From Bacilli bacterium (GTDB lineage Bacteria > Bacillota_I > Bacilli_A > RFN20 > CAG-826): a DNA stretch of 64,000 bases. The stretch covers positions 10,067 to 74,066 of the forward strand of contig JAFSUM010000012.1 of assembly GCA_017445245.1 (NCBI GenBank), written 5' to 3'. The notes below the pieces were generated by a model. That model did not search any database. It saw only the letters and a program-made list of their open reading frames with translations, and was not told the DNA's origin. The position numbers and the translations under genes were made by a program. Within the stretch, counting starts at the first letter, position 1; each line of letters starts with the position of its first letter. Of this stretch, positions 1-7,394 are shown one piece after another.

Positions 1-1
1 G

Positions 2-373
2 ATGGCGATCGTCATCGGCTTCATGATCGTCTTCAACATGATGATGACGAACCTGAAAGAGCAAAAGAGGACCTTCGCGACCATGCGCACCCTCGGCTTC
101 CAGCGCCGCTCCATCTCCATGGCCAACCTCGTCATGAGCCTCGTCCAGTTCCTCGTCGCGATGGCACTAGCCATTCCTAGTGGCATGGGCATCACGAACA
201 TCCTTCTCAAATCGATCTCCATCCCCGACCAGACCTACCCCTTCCCGCGCAGCTGGACGATGTATGTCTTCTCCACTCTTATCGTATTAGCCTTCCTCCT
301 CGTCTCTCATTTCCTCGTCATGAGGACGATGAAAAAATGGAACCTGCCCGAATCGGTAAAGGAAAGAGAATAA
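2..373 (+). CDS. ABC transporter permease, FtsX/MacB-like, C-terminal part (5' end outside window)
   Basis: ORF is open at the window edge. EQKRTFATMRTLGFQRRSI followed by three hydrophobic helices matches the FtsX-type permease C-terminal domain. Confidence 0.6.
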   Translation: MAIVIGFMIVFNMMMTNLKEQKRTFATMRTLGFQRRSISMANLVMSLVQFLVAMALAIPSGMGITNILLKSISIPDQTYPFPRSWTMYVFSTLIVLAFLLVSHFLVMRTMKKWNLPESVKERE

Positions 374-377
374 AGGC

Positions 378-2042
378 TTAGCGCTTTTTCTTATTCGACT
401 CCGCCATCAGCTTGCGGGTCTTTTTGGCCAAGACCTCGTCATCGAGGAATTTGGCGATCTTCATCATGCAGACTTCGCGTAGCACCGCTTCGTCTAGCTT
501 CCCATTCGCCGCGCGAGGGAAGCGCTTCATATAGACGATATGGGAAGGGATCTTGATGCTAGGAAGGGTCTTGCGCATTTCGTTTAGGTATTTCTTCTCC
601 GAGAAATGGGGCGGCTTTTTCTTCAACTCGACGCAAGCGATGATATATTCGCCTTCGTCAACGGAAGGGAAACCGAGAACCCTTGTCGCCCCAAATTCGG
701 GGAATTTGCGCAGTTCTTCCTCGATTTCTTTCGGAGAGATGTTCTCGCCTTTGCGGATGATGACGTCTTTGATCCTGCCGCTTAAGACGAGATAGCCATC
801 TTCGTCTAGGTACCCTAGATCCCCTGTATGGAGATAGCCGTCTTTATCGATCGGCTGATCTTCCGGAGCGGTTTTGTAATAGCCGTTAAAGACGTTATAG
901 CCGCGTACTAGGATCTCGCCTTTTTGGCCCTTGGGCAGGAGCTCTTTGGTCGCAGGATCCATGAAGGCGAGTTCGATGCCTTTCATGGGGATGCCGACGG
1001 TCGTCATCTGCTTAGACCGCGGCGAGTCGGGGTAGACGAGGGATATTAGCGGCGAGCATTCGGTCTGGCCATAGCCGTTAAGGAATTTGCCCTTGCCGTA
1101 TTTCCGCTCGAGGAACTTGAATTCCTGGGGCGAGGTAAACCCGCCGCCGACGATGCAATGCTTGACGAACCGGCCGCGATGAAGCCACCAAAAAGGAGCC
1201 TTGCAGAGGTTATCGAAGACGATGCTAACCGAGGCGTAGTCCCCGCATCGGTATTTCAGGAACTCCTTATAGATCTTGACCTTGTCCATCAAGGTGTTCA
1301 GATAGACGGTGCGCGAATAGGCGAGAAAGGAATTGACGACGAGTAGCCCGAAGCAATGGAACAAGGGCAATAGGCACATGAATTTCTGCGGCAGGAAAGC
1401 GTCGAGCCGTTGCAGATCCAACTTGATGATATTCATCATGCCATATTGGCTTAGCATCGCCGGCTTAGGCTTGGAGGTCGTCCCGGTCGTAAAGACGATG
1501 TAGGCGGTCCGCTTGCTATCCTCTTCTCTAGATAGGGGCGAGACGAAAGGCTCGATTGGACCATAACCGAGGATCTCTTTGAAATCGAGCTTCTCGTGTT
1601 GGATGCAAAACGTCATTTCCATCGGGATGCCCGTCGCGGCGAGAAGGTTTTCGAATTCGTAATCCTGCTTGATCAAGGCCGTATATTTGCCATAGCAAAG
1701 GAATTTGCAATCCGTATCGCGTATGAGGTCTGCGAGGGTATTATGCCTTGCCATGTAGTTAAGCAATACCGCGACCGCCCCGACGCGGATAATCGCGTAG
1801 AAAGCAATCAGCCAGTTATAGCTATTGACACCTAAAAGACCTACATGGTCGCCTGTTTTGACGCCGTGCTGCGATAAGAAGTGGGCATAATAATCGACGC
1901 TCTTCTCGATTTCGTCATAGGTGTACTTGACTCCTTCGAACCACACGCCGATAACGTTTTTCTTCTCGGGGGCAACCTTATAGATGTCTTCGAAAAGATA
2001 GTTTCCGAACTCAAATGGCTTCGTTTCTACTTTGTGGTTCAT
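378..2042 (-). CDS. AMP-dependent synthetase/ligase (acyl-CoA synthetase-like)
   Basis: 554 aa. AMP-binding motifs FTTGTTSKPKPAM, NGYGQTE, TGDLGYLDEDGYL and GRIKD are present. Confidence 0.85.
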   Translation of the reverse strand: MNHKVETKPFEFGNYLFEDIYKVAPEKKNVIGVWFEGVKYTYDEIEKSVDYYAHFLSQHGVKTGDHVGLLGVNSYNWLIAFYAIIRVGAVAVLLNYMARHNTLADLIRDTDCKFLCYGKYTALIKQDYEFENLLAATGIPMEMTFCIQHEKLDFKEILGYGPIEPFVSPLSREEDSKRTAYIVFTTGTTSKPKPAMLSQYGMMNIIKLDLQRLDAFLPQKFMCLLPLFHCFGLLVVNSFLAYSRTVYLNTLMDKVKIYKEFLKYRCGDYASVSIVFDNLCKAPFWWLHRGRFVKHCIVGGGFTSPQEFKFLERKYGKGKFLNGYGQTECSPLISLVYPDSPRSKQMTTVGIPMKGIELAFMDPATKELLPKGQKGEILVRGYNVFNGYYKTAPEDQPIDKDGYLHTGDLGYLDEDGYLVLSGRIKDVIIRKGENISPKEIEEELRKFPEFGATRVLGFPSVDEGEYIIACVELKKKPPHFSEKKYLNEMRKTLPSIKIPSHIVYMKRFPRAANGKLDEAVLREVCMMKIAKFLDDEVLAKKTRKLMAESNKKKR

Positions 2043-2045
2043 CGC

Positions 2046-3206
2046 TTAGTTCGCTTCATTACGCTTTTTGTTCTTGACGCTTTTGACGATGAGGTCGATT
2101 AAGAAGAAGACCAAACACATCATCGCCAAGACGACGGCGAGATAGAAGAACGCCTGCCCCCTTCCCCAGGGGATGTTCTTTTGGAAAATGCAAATCGCGG
2201 CCAGATCGAGGAAAATCGGATGGAAGAGATAGAAGAGGGAAGAATGCCTCCCCATCCATTGGAAACCACTGCAAACAAAAGGAATCAGGGCGATACCTCG
2301 AGCCATCGTATGAACGAAATAGACGCCTAATATGCCAAAGCCAAAACAGGCGAATACATCAAACCCTAGGATTGCAGGGTCGAATTTGCTCCCCGGCATC
2401 GAGCCGACGGTCATCGTCCCAAAGGCGTAATGGAGGGCCAAGCTAATCCCGGCGACCAGCGCTTCGGCGATAAGGGCATTAGCAACAAGAAGCGCGATGC
2501 CCTTCTTTCCGGATACGGGGCGATCCAGGAAATTGGACTTCCGCAAATATGCCCCGACCAGCATGATGGACAGAACGACTGGATACGATTGCACTTGGAA
2601 GGGCAAATAGTTGCCATAGGGCACGAATTGGACGACGCAGAACGAAATCGATAGCAAGAGGATCACGACCGAAACCAAGGTTGTCAGCCTCTTGTTGGTG
2701 TATTTGACTAGCCAATAGAAGAACAGCGAGCAGAAGAACAAGGTATAGAGGAACCAAAGCAAGCACAACGAGAGCATCAGCTCGAAGATGATGCCACCAG
2801 AGCGCGGGAATCCGACGATTAGAGCCGTCGGTTCAGACATCAGGAAATAGAGGATGCTATTGCCGATCGATTGGAATGTGGCCCCGGGATTATCGAAATG
2901 GGAGGCCAGCTCCATCGAAGAGATCAATACGGTCGAGATAATAAAGGCGAACAATAACGGGATGAGCAATTGCTTCGCCCTTCTAGCGATATGCTGCTTA
3001 TAGGTGCGGGTATCGGGTTTGTAGTTATACCCGGCATAGAAGAAGAACGTGCTTAGGATGAACGGAAAGCAAGCGACCAGGGGGTTAAATGTCGACAAAG
3101 CATCGGCAGGAGAAGAGAAGACTTCGAGATAGCAATGAAAAAAGACGACCCCGATGATCATCATACCCTTGGCGATATCCTGGGCGTTCGATCTACGTTT
3201 TTCCAT
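2046..3206 (-). CDS. Acyltransferase family 3 (OafA/NolL-like) integral membrane protein
   Basis: 386 aa with about 10 hydrophobic helices. N-terminal GMMIIGVVFFH motif. Starts 3 nt upstream of the ligase gene. Confidence 0.7.
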   Translation of the reverse strand: MEKRRSNAQDIAKGMMIIGVVFFHCYLEVFSSPADALSTFNPLVACFPFILSTFFFYAGYNYKPDTRTYKQHIARRAKQLLIPLLFAFIISTVLISSMELASHFDNPGATFQSIGNSILYFLMSEPTALIVGFPRSGGIIFELMLSLCLLWFLYTLFFCSLFFYWLVKYTNKRLTTLVSVVILLLSISFCVVQFVPYGNYLPFQVQSYPVVLSIMLVGAYLRKSNFLDRPVSGKKGIALLVANALIAEALVAGISLALHYAFGTMTVGSMPGSKFDPAILGFDVFACFGFGILGVYFVHTMARGIALIPFVCSGFQWMGRHSSLFYLFHPIFLDLAAICIFQKNIPWGRGQAFFYLAVVLAMMCLVFFLIDLIVKSVKNKKRNEAN

Positions 3207-3350
3207 ATTTCATAGTATATCCCTACCAACTAGGCATATGTAGATAGATTTCCCCAATATAGTGGGCTTGACCACCAAAGCATAAAGAGTCAGCGCCAAT
3301 CCGCTTTATAAGGTGAGAAAAAGGTATCTTTGAAACGTATGAAGGAAGGG

Positions 3351-3743
3351 CTAATCCAAGAAGCTTCGGATGAATTCCTTGGCTTTTGGGATTCTGTTTT
3401 GAATGTTGAGCATGTGGGCGTAGAAGTAGCGTTTCTCTACTTCGATCCCCTTTCGTTCGAGGATCCTGCGCAGGCTCATGACCGTTCTACGCGACCAATT
3501 CGAGGTCGTGAAGAGGACGATCTTCGAGACCATGCTAGGATCTATCGCCTCGGCATAAGCACGAAGCTTCTTATCCATCACGTTCGCATAGGGCGCGCCG
3601 CCTAGGAAGAGGATATCCGCCTTTTTTTGCAAAGAAGATTCGTCGGCGATCGAGACGGCCGTAACGCCGGCCTCCTCCGCCATCGCCTGAGCGATATCTT
3701 TGGTATGGCCTAACTTTGAATAATACCGAATTGCAATCTCCAT
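3351..3743 (-). CDS. Flavodoxin-like protein
   Basis: 130 aa. IAIRYYSKLGHTKDIAQ then ADILFLGGAPY fits a short flavodoxin fold. AGGAG lies upstream of the ATG. Confidence 0.55.
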   Translation of the reverse strand: MEIAIRYYSKLGHTKDIAQAMAEEAGVTAVSIADESSLQKKADILFLGGAPYANVMDKKLRAYAEAIDPSMVSKIVLFTTSNWSRRTVMSLRRILERKGIEVEKRYFYAHMLNIQNRIPKAKEFIRSFLD

Positions 3744-3848
3744 CGTTTTCTCCTGTCCTCATCATTCCAGCAAAGGGCCCTTTCAGCAATCGATATGTTT
3801 GTTTTTCCTGAAGGACATTGACCTTTTAAATAGGCATCTAGGAAATTT

Positions 3849-3884
3849 AAAAAACGACACCCTCTTTTGGGAGAGAATGTCGTC
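3849..3884 (-). terminator. Rho-independent terminator downstream of GNAT gene 3964..4413
   Basis: Minus strand reads GACGACATTCTCTCCCAAAAGAGGGTGTCGTTTTTT: a GC-containing hairpin followed by T6. Confidence 0.55.
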
Positions 3885-3963
3885 ATTATCCGAGTAGCGC
3901 AGACTTCGATCTTTTTGGTCCACACCCATCCAGCCAAGAACATTCGTGTTTCAAACCGTCGGC

Positions 3964-4413
3964 CTACTGTTTTCTTTTCTGGTAAAAGTTGAACCCATTC
4001 TCGGTCTTTATGACGCGATAACCCAATCTTTCGTAAAAGGCATTTGTCCGCTTGTTCCAGCATGGAGTATCCAGATTAAACTCGATAGCCCATGGGAAAA
4101 TCTTTTCTATGCATTCCATTAGGCGGGTTCCGTAGCCTTTCCGATGATATTGGCTATCGATGAAAATCCTGCCAACGTATACGCTTTGTGATTTTTCATC
4201 CGGGAATATAATGGCGGCCCCCACCAAATCATCCCCGATCATCGCCGCATAGAGATGCCCCTCCTGGGCCATTTGCTCATGCCACTCTACCGAATCGAAT
4301 CCAGGCGGGCAATCGCCTTTTGCTCCGCCGACATTCACATCCGTTTCAAAAGCCCTGATAGACATATCTACGATTTTCGTTACCTGCTTTTCTTCCGCTT
4401 TGACAATGCGCAT
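3964..4413 (-). CDS. GNAT family N-acetyltransferase
   Basis: 149 aa. Acetyl-CoA-binding pattern IFIDSQYHRKGYGTRLM and C-terminal NAFYERLGY. GAGGAG SD upstream. Confidence 0.8.
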   Translation of the reverse strand: MRIVKAEEKQVTKIVDMSIRAFETDVNVGGAKGDCPPGFDSVEWHEQMAQEGHLYAAMIGDDLVGAAIIFPDEKSQSVYVGRIFIDSQYHRKGYGTRLMECIEKIFPWAIEFNLDTPCWNKRTNAFYERLGYRVIKTENGFNFYQKRKQ

Positions 4414-4452
4414 ACCACTTCTCCTCGTTATCTTTCAAATGCCGATTTATTG

Positions 4453-4485
4453 AAAAAACGTCCCTGACTATTGTATCAAGAACGT
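4453..4485 (-). terminator. Rho-independent terminator (copy 1 of a paralogous terminator repeat)
   Basis: Minus strand reads ACGTTCTTGATACAATAGTCAGGGACGTTTTTT. The stem ACGTTCTTGA/TCAGGGACGT tolerates G-U pairs and is followed by T6. Confidence 0.55.
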
Positions 4486-4627
4486 ATTGGTCATTTGGTT
4501 AAAGAAGATGTTTTTAATACAGCTTTCTTCCTCTTGCATATAGCAAGGCGAAAACCGATGCATATAGCCGATGTTATCGAAGGTTTTCAGCTTTTTCCTA
4601 TAAACAAACAGTTATGAGCTGCTCGGT

Positions 4628-5518
4628 TTATTTGAGCCCGCTGAGTTCCGCAAAGAAACCGCTCGGATCATTCATGTCCATTATCGCAAGCAGTTTGGCA
4701 ACGCCGTCTACGATAAAACCATTGTTTTCGAGCCATTCCATGGTCTTGTCAACGTCGTCGATTGCCGTTTTGTCTATGGTCAAGTAGCGTTCTTCCTCCT
4801 TGCCAGACACGGACAGCTTAACAACTACATAAGATTCCGATGGACCTAGGAGATAGAGCTCCTCATAAAGGGAGAACAAACCAAGGAAGAGGGAGAGGTC
4901 CTCCTTCTCAATCTCCATCGGAGCGAACTTGAATTCCCTTTCCTTCCCCGTTGTAAAGTTCTTGTAAGTCGATACCGCGTTTTTCGCCTTGCGCTTCCGT
5001 TCTTGATAGAAGTTATCAATGACGTGCGTCCCCTTAACGACTCTCAGCTCAATGGTCACTAAATTGTTGATTCGCTTCTCCTCGCGGAAAAAGGCGGTCG
5101 ACGATTCCTTAAGAGGATATTCGAAAAAGGAGACAACCCTGCCGTCCACCTCGCCCGTTATCCTAAGGCCCTTCAAATGATAGGCGTCGCCTCCTTGACG
5201 CGTCCTTACCACCTTAGCTCTCGGATTCTTGACGGAAATAGTTACGGTTTCATTTTGATACAATTTCGTCTTCAATTTGATGGTCAAGATGGAGCGAATG
5301 ATGACCGGGACGGCAAAAGCGCACGGAAACACGATTTTGGACCATAGTGGCCCAGGCGCAAATGCAAAGAAAATGGTCACGAAGCAGACGACCCCGCAGA
5401 TCAGGGCCACCACATCGTACGTGAAATACCAACTCAAAATAAGATCGATTTGCTTTTTGGATCTTCCTTCGATCGGATTCTTGCTGCCCATTTTCTTTCT
5501 CTGACCTAATTGCTTCAA
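4628..5518 (-). CDS. Hypothetical membrane-anchored protein (two N-terminal TM helices plus soluble C-terminal domain)
   Basis: 296-aa ORF. Hydrophobic segments VVALICGVVCFVTIFFAF and IVFPCAFAVPVIIRSIL. I recognise no family. Confidence 0.55.
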   Translation of the reverse strand: MKQLGQRKKMGSKNPIEGRSKKQIDLILSWYFTYDVVALICGVVCFVTIFFAFAPGPLWSKIVFPCAFAVPVIIRSILTIKLKTKLYQNETVTISVKNPRAKVVRTRQGGDAYHLKGLRITGEVDGRVVSFFEYPLKESSTAFFREEKRINNLVTIELRVVKGTHVIDNFYQERKRKAKNAVSTYKNFTTGKEREFKFAPMEIEKEDLSLFLGLFSLYEELYLLGPSESYVVVKLSVSGKEEERYLTIDKTAIDDVDKTMEWLENNGFIVDGVAKLLAIMDMNDPSGFFAELSGLK

Positions 5519-5795
5519 AGCGTCAGCAGCCGTTGCCGGAGCGAACGCATTCCCTGCGTGGTACCGACTCTTTTCAACGCCGATAATTATAGTTTTTTAG
5601 ATGCCGTTTGTCTTGTTGGCCAGCCGCAATCTCTGCCGCCGTGCGCGAATGGAGACCCTTACGTGCGTTCATAGAGATATTCCGTGTGTGAATTTAAACC
5701 GTAATTTGCGGACTCTTGCATTCGATTTCGTCAATGGCAGAACCTTCGTTTTTGACGAGAAGAGAAAAAACTCGCATGCCATCGGCATTATCAAG

Positions 5796-5828
5796 AAAAA
5801 ATGTTCCTGACACATCCGTATCAAGAAC
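5796..5828 (-). terminator. Rho-independent terminator (copy 2 of the paralogous terminator repeat)
   Basis: Minus strand reads GTTCTTGATACGGATGTGTCAGGAACATTTTTT. Stem GTTCTTGA/TCAGGAAC followed by a T-run. Both stem arms are near-identical to the 4453..4485 element. Confidence 0.55.
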
Positions 5829-5867
5829 ATATTTAACATGTGGCATTGGCAACCAACTTTAATACAA

Positions 5868-5950
5868 TGCAACACTCCTTTTGGCAAAAGGGGCGATTTT
5901 GCAACGCTCATTTGCCGAAAAAGGTCGGTTTTGCAACACTTTTGCTGCAA
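5868..5950. repeat. Tandem repeat, 32-nt period, about 2.6 copies
   Basis: TGCAAC(A/G)CT recurs at 5868, 5900 and 5932, exactly 32 nt apart. Units 1 and 2 match at 23 of 32 positions by my alignment. Confidence 0.6.
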
Positions 5951-6646
5951 TCAGAGCAATTGAAGCGCCTTAATGGGCTTGATTAAATCCTTTTTTATTT
6001 TCCGCGCAAGGCCGAAGAACGCAATGTCGCTGTGGGAGAGGTGCCCCTCCTCAATCTTGTATTGCAGCAATTCGACGTTGCAAAGCATGTCCGCGACCTG
6101 CAGCAAGGTGCACTCCTCCTGCTTTTTCTTGGATATCCGGATGGCAAAACCGTTCGCCGCGAAGCTGGAAGAAATGGCCCGCACCAGATTCGGCTGGCCG
6201 TAATCGTAGAGTAGTTCGATTTCGTCAAAGGAGGAAAGGTATTCGAAATGGCGTGATATCCATTTCCCAAGTTCAAGGGAAATGCGGATGGAGAGTTCGA
6301 TGCCATCATTGGAGTCAATGCCGCCCTTCCTCACTCGGAAGCGAGCGCAGTTGAGGCCACTACGCAAGTAAAAGAACAGTAATGCCCCGAAAAGATCCGC
6401 CCTCGATTCCCGAAGAAGACCTTGGTATGGCTCTTCGGCGCGGACAAGGTTCCCAACATGAACGAAATGGTCCCCGCCGGTAAGACGGGATATCCTTCGT
6501 TGGTATTTTTCTTCTTCCTGCAGGTAGTCAGATTCGGGCGTGACGAAAACGAAGGAAAAGCAATACGCCGGCGAATGATCCGAATATGGCCCAAAGTCGC
6601 CGGACTCGTCCAAGTAACAGATAAGTCTTCTCTTTTCGTTTTGCAT
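5951..6646 (-). CDS. DUF3800-like protein
   Basis: The N-terminus MQNEKRRLICYLDESGDFG matches the DUF3800 start motif (..DESG). The ORF track extends to 6709, but that extension contains a terminator-like hairpin plus T6, so I prefer the ATG at 6646. Confidence 0.55.
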   Translation of the reverse strand: MQNEKRRLICYLDESGDFGPYSDHSPAYCFSFVFVTPESDYLQEEEKYQRRISRLTGGDHFVHVGNLVRAEEPYQGLLRESRADLFGALLFFYLRSGLNCARFRVRKGGIDSNDGIELSIRISLELGKWISRHFEYLSSFDEIELLYDYGQPNLVRAISSSFAANGFAIRISKKKQEECTLLQVADMLCNVELLQYKIEEGHLSHSDIAFFGLARKIKKDLIKPIKALQLL

Positions 6647-6650
6647 GTTT

Positions 6651-6674
6651 GAAAAAAGCGGGACTTTTTCCCGC
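6651..6674 (-). terminator. Terminator-like hairpin downstream of tRNA-Trp
   Basis: Minus strand reads GCGGGAAAAAGTCCCGCTTTTTT: a perfect 6-bp GC stem followed by T6. It ends 5 nt before the ATG at 6646. Confidence 0.5.
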
Positions 6675-6844
6675 ACTTCGATGGACCCCAGGGTTTCCCC
6701 TTCGCCCATCTATATTATATATAAACCTTGCCAAGAAACAATACCTTCGACAAGGCTAGGTCGGTTCCGCACCAACGCTTTTATCACAACCAAAAAAAGG
6801 ATTCAAACCTTGCAATTCGGTTTGAATCCTTTTGCTAACTCACG

Positions 6845-6918
6845 TGGCAGGGGTGGAAGGAATCGAACCCTCATCAAAGGTTTTGGAGACCTCTGTTCTG
6901 CCATTGAACCACACCCCT
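6845..6918 (-). tRNA. trnW: tRNA-Trp (anticodon CCA)
   Basis: Reverse complement is AGGGGTGTGGTTCAATGGCAGAAC..CTCCAAA..GGTTCGATTCC..CACCCCTGCCA. It folds as a cloverleaf, the anticodon loop is CTCCAAA, and CCA is encoded. Confidence 0.9.
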
Positions 6919-6977
6919 ATGGGCTCTTTGGAGCGAGGAAATATTACCCTTCGCCCCAAAAGAACGCAAGGGCTTGC

Positions 6978-7391
6978 TTATCCGCGCGCGATTTTGGAAA
7001 CCAGACCCATGTCGACCTGTCCGGCATAATTGGCCTTGAAATGGCGCATGACCGAAGGAATCGATTTATCTTCCAAAGAATCAATAACCGCACGGATTTC
7101 CTCTTCGGACATCATCTTGGGAAGGAACTTGGCGATCGCCTCGATCTGACGAGCGGTCGACGTTGCGCTTTCTTCGCGTCCGGCGGCGATATACCCCTGC
7201 TTCTCTTCTTCGAGTTCTTTCGAGAACTTCATAAGCATCGCAAGGACATCCGCGTCCGTGGGGGTCGTTCCCTTGCCGGAAGTCAAGGCCGTCTGGTAAC
7301 GGCTGATAATCATCGAATAGGCGGCGCGATAATCGCCGTCATGGGCCTTCATGGCCTCGATATTTGCTTTTTTGATTTCATCGATAAGCAT
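6978..7391 (-). CDS. yqeY: GatB/YqeY domain protein
   Basis: 137 aa. IKKANIEAMKAHD...ISRYQT...EEIRAVIDS matches the YqeY family pattern. Confidence 0.75.
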   Translation of the reverse strand: MLIDEIKKANIEAMKAHDGDYRAAYSMIISRYQTALTSGKGTTPTDADVLAMLMKFSKELEEEKQGYIAAGREESATSTARQIEAIAKFLPKMMSEEEIRAVIDSLEDKSIPSVMRHFKANYAGQVDMGLVSKIARG

Positions 7392-7394
7392 AGC

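Noticed and set aside
5868-5950. Possible mini-CRISPR array (32-nt periodicity)
   Set aside because: The units are contiguous, with no unique spacers between them. There are only about 2.6 copies, they diverge from each other, and there are no cas genes in the window.
5601-5950. Track ORFs 5601..5810 (+) and 5669..5950 (-) in the AT-rich gap
   Set aside because: They are Cys/Lys/Phe-rich nonsense-like translations. They overlap the terminator and the tandem-repeat elements, and they have no SD.
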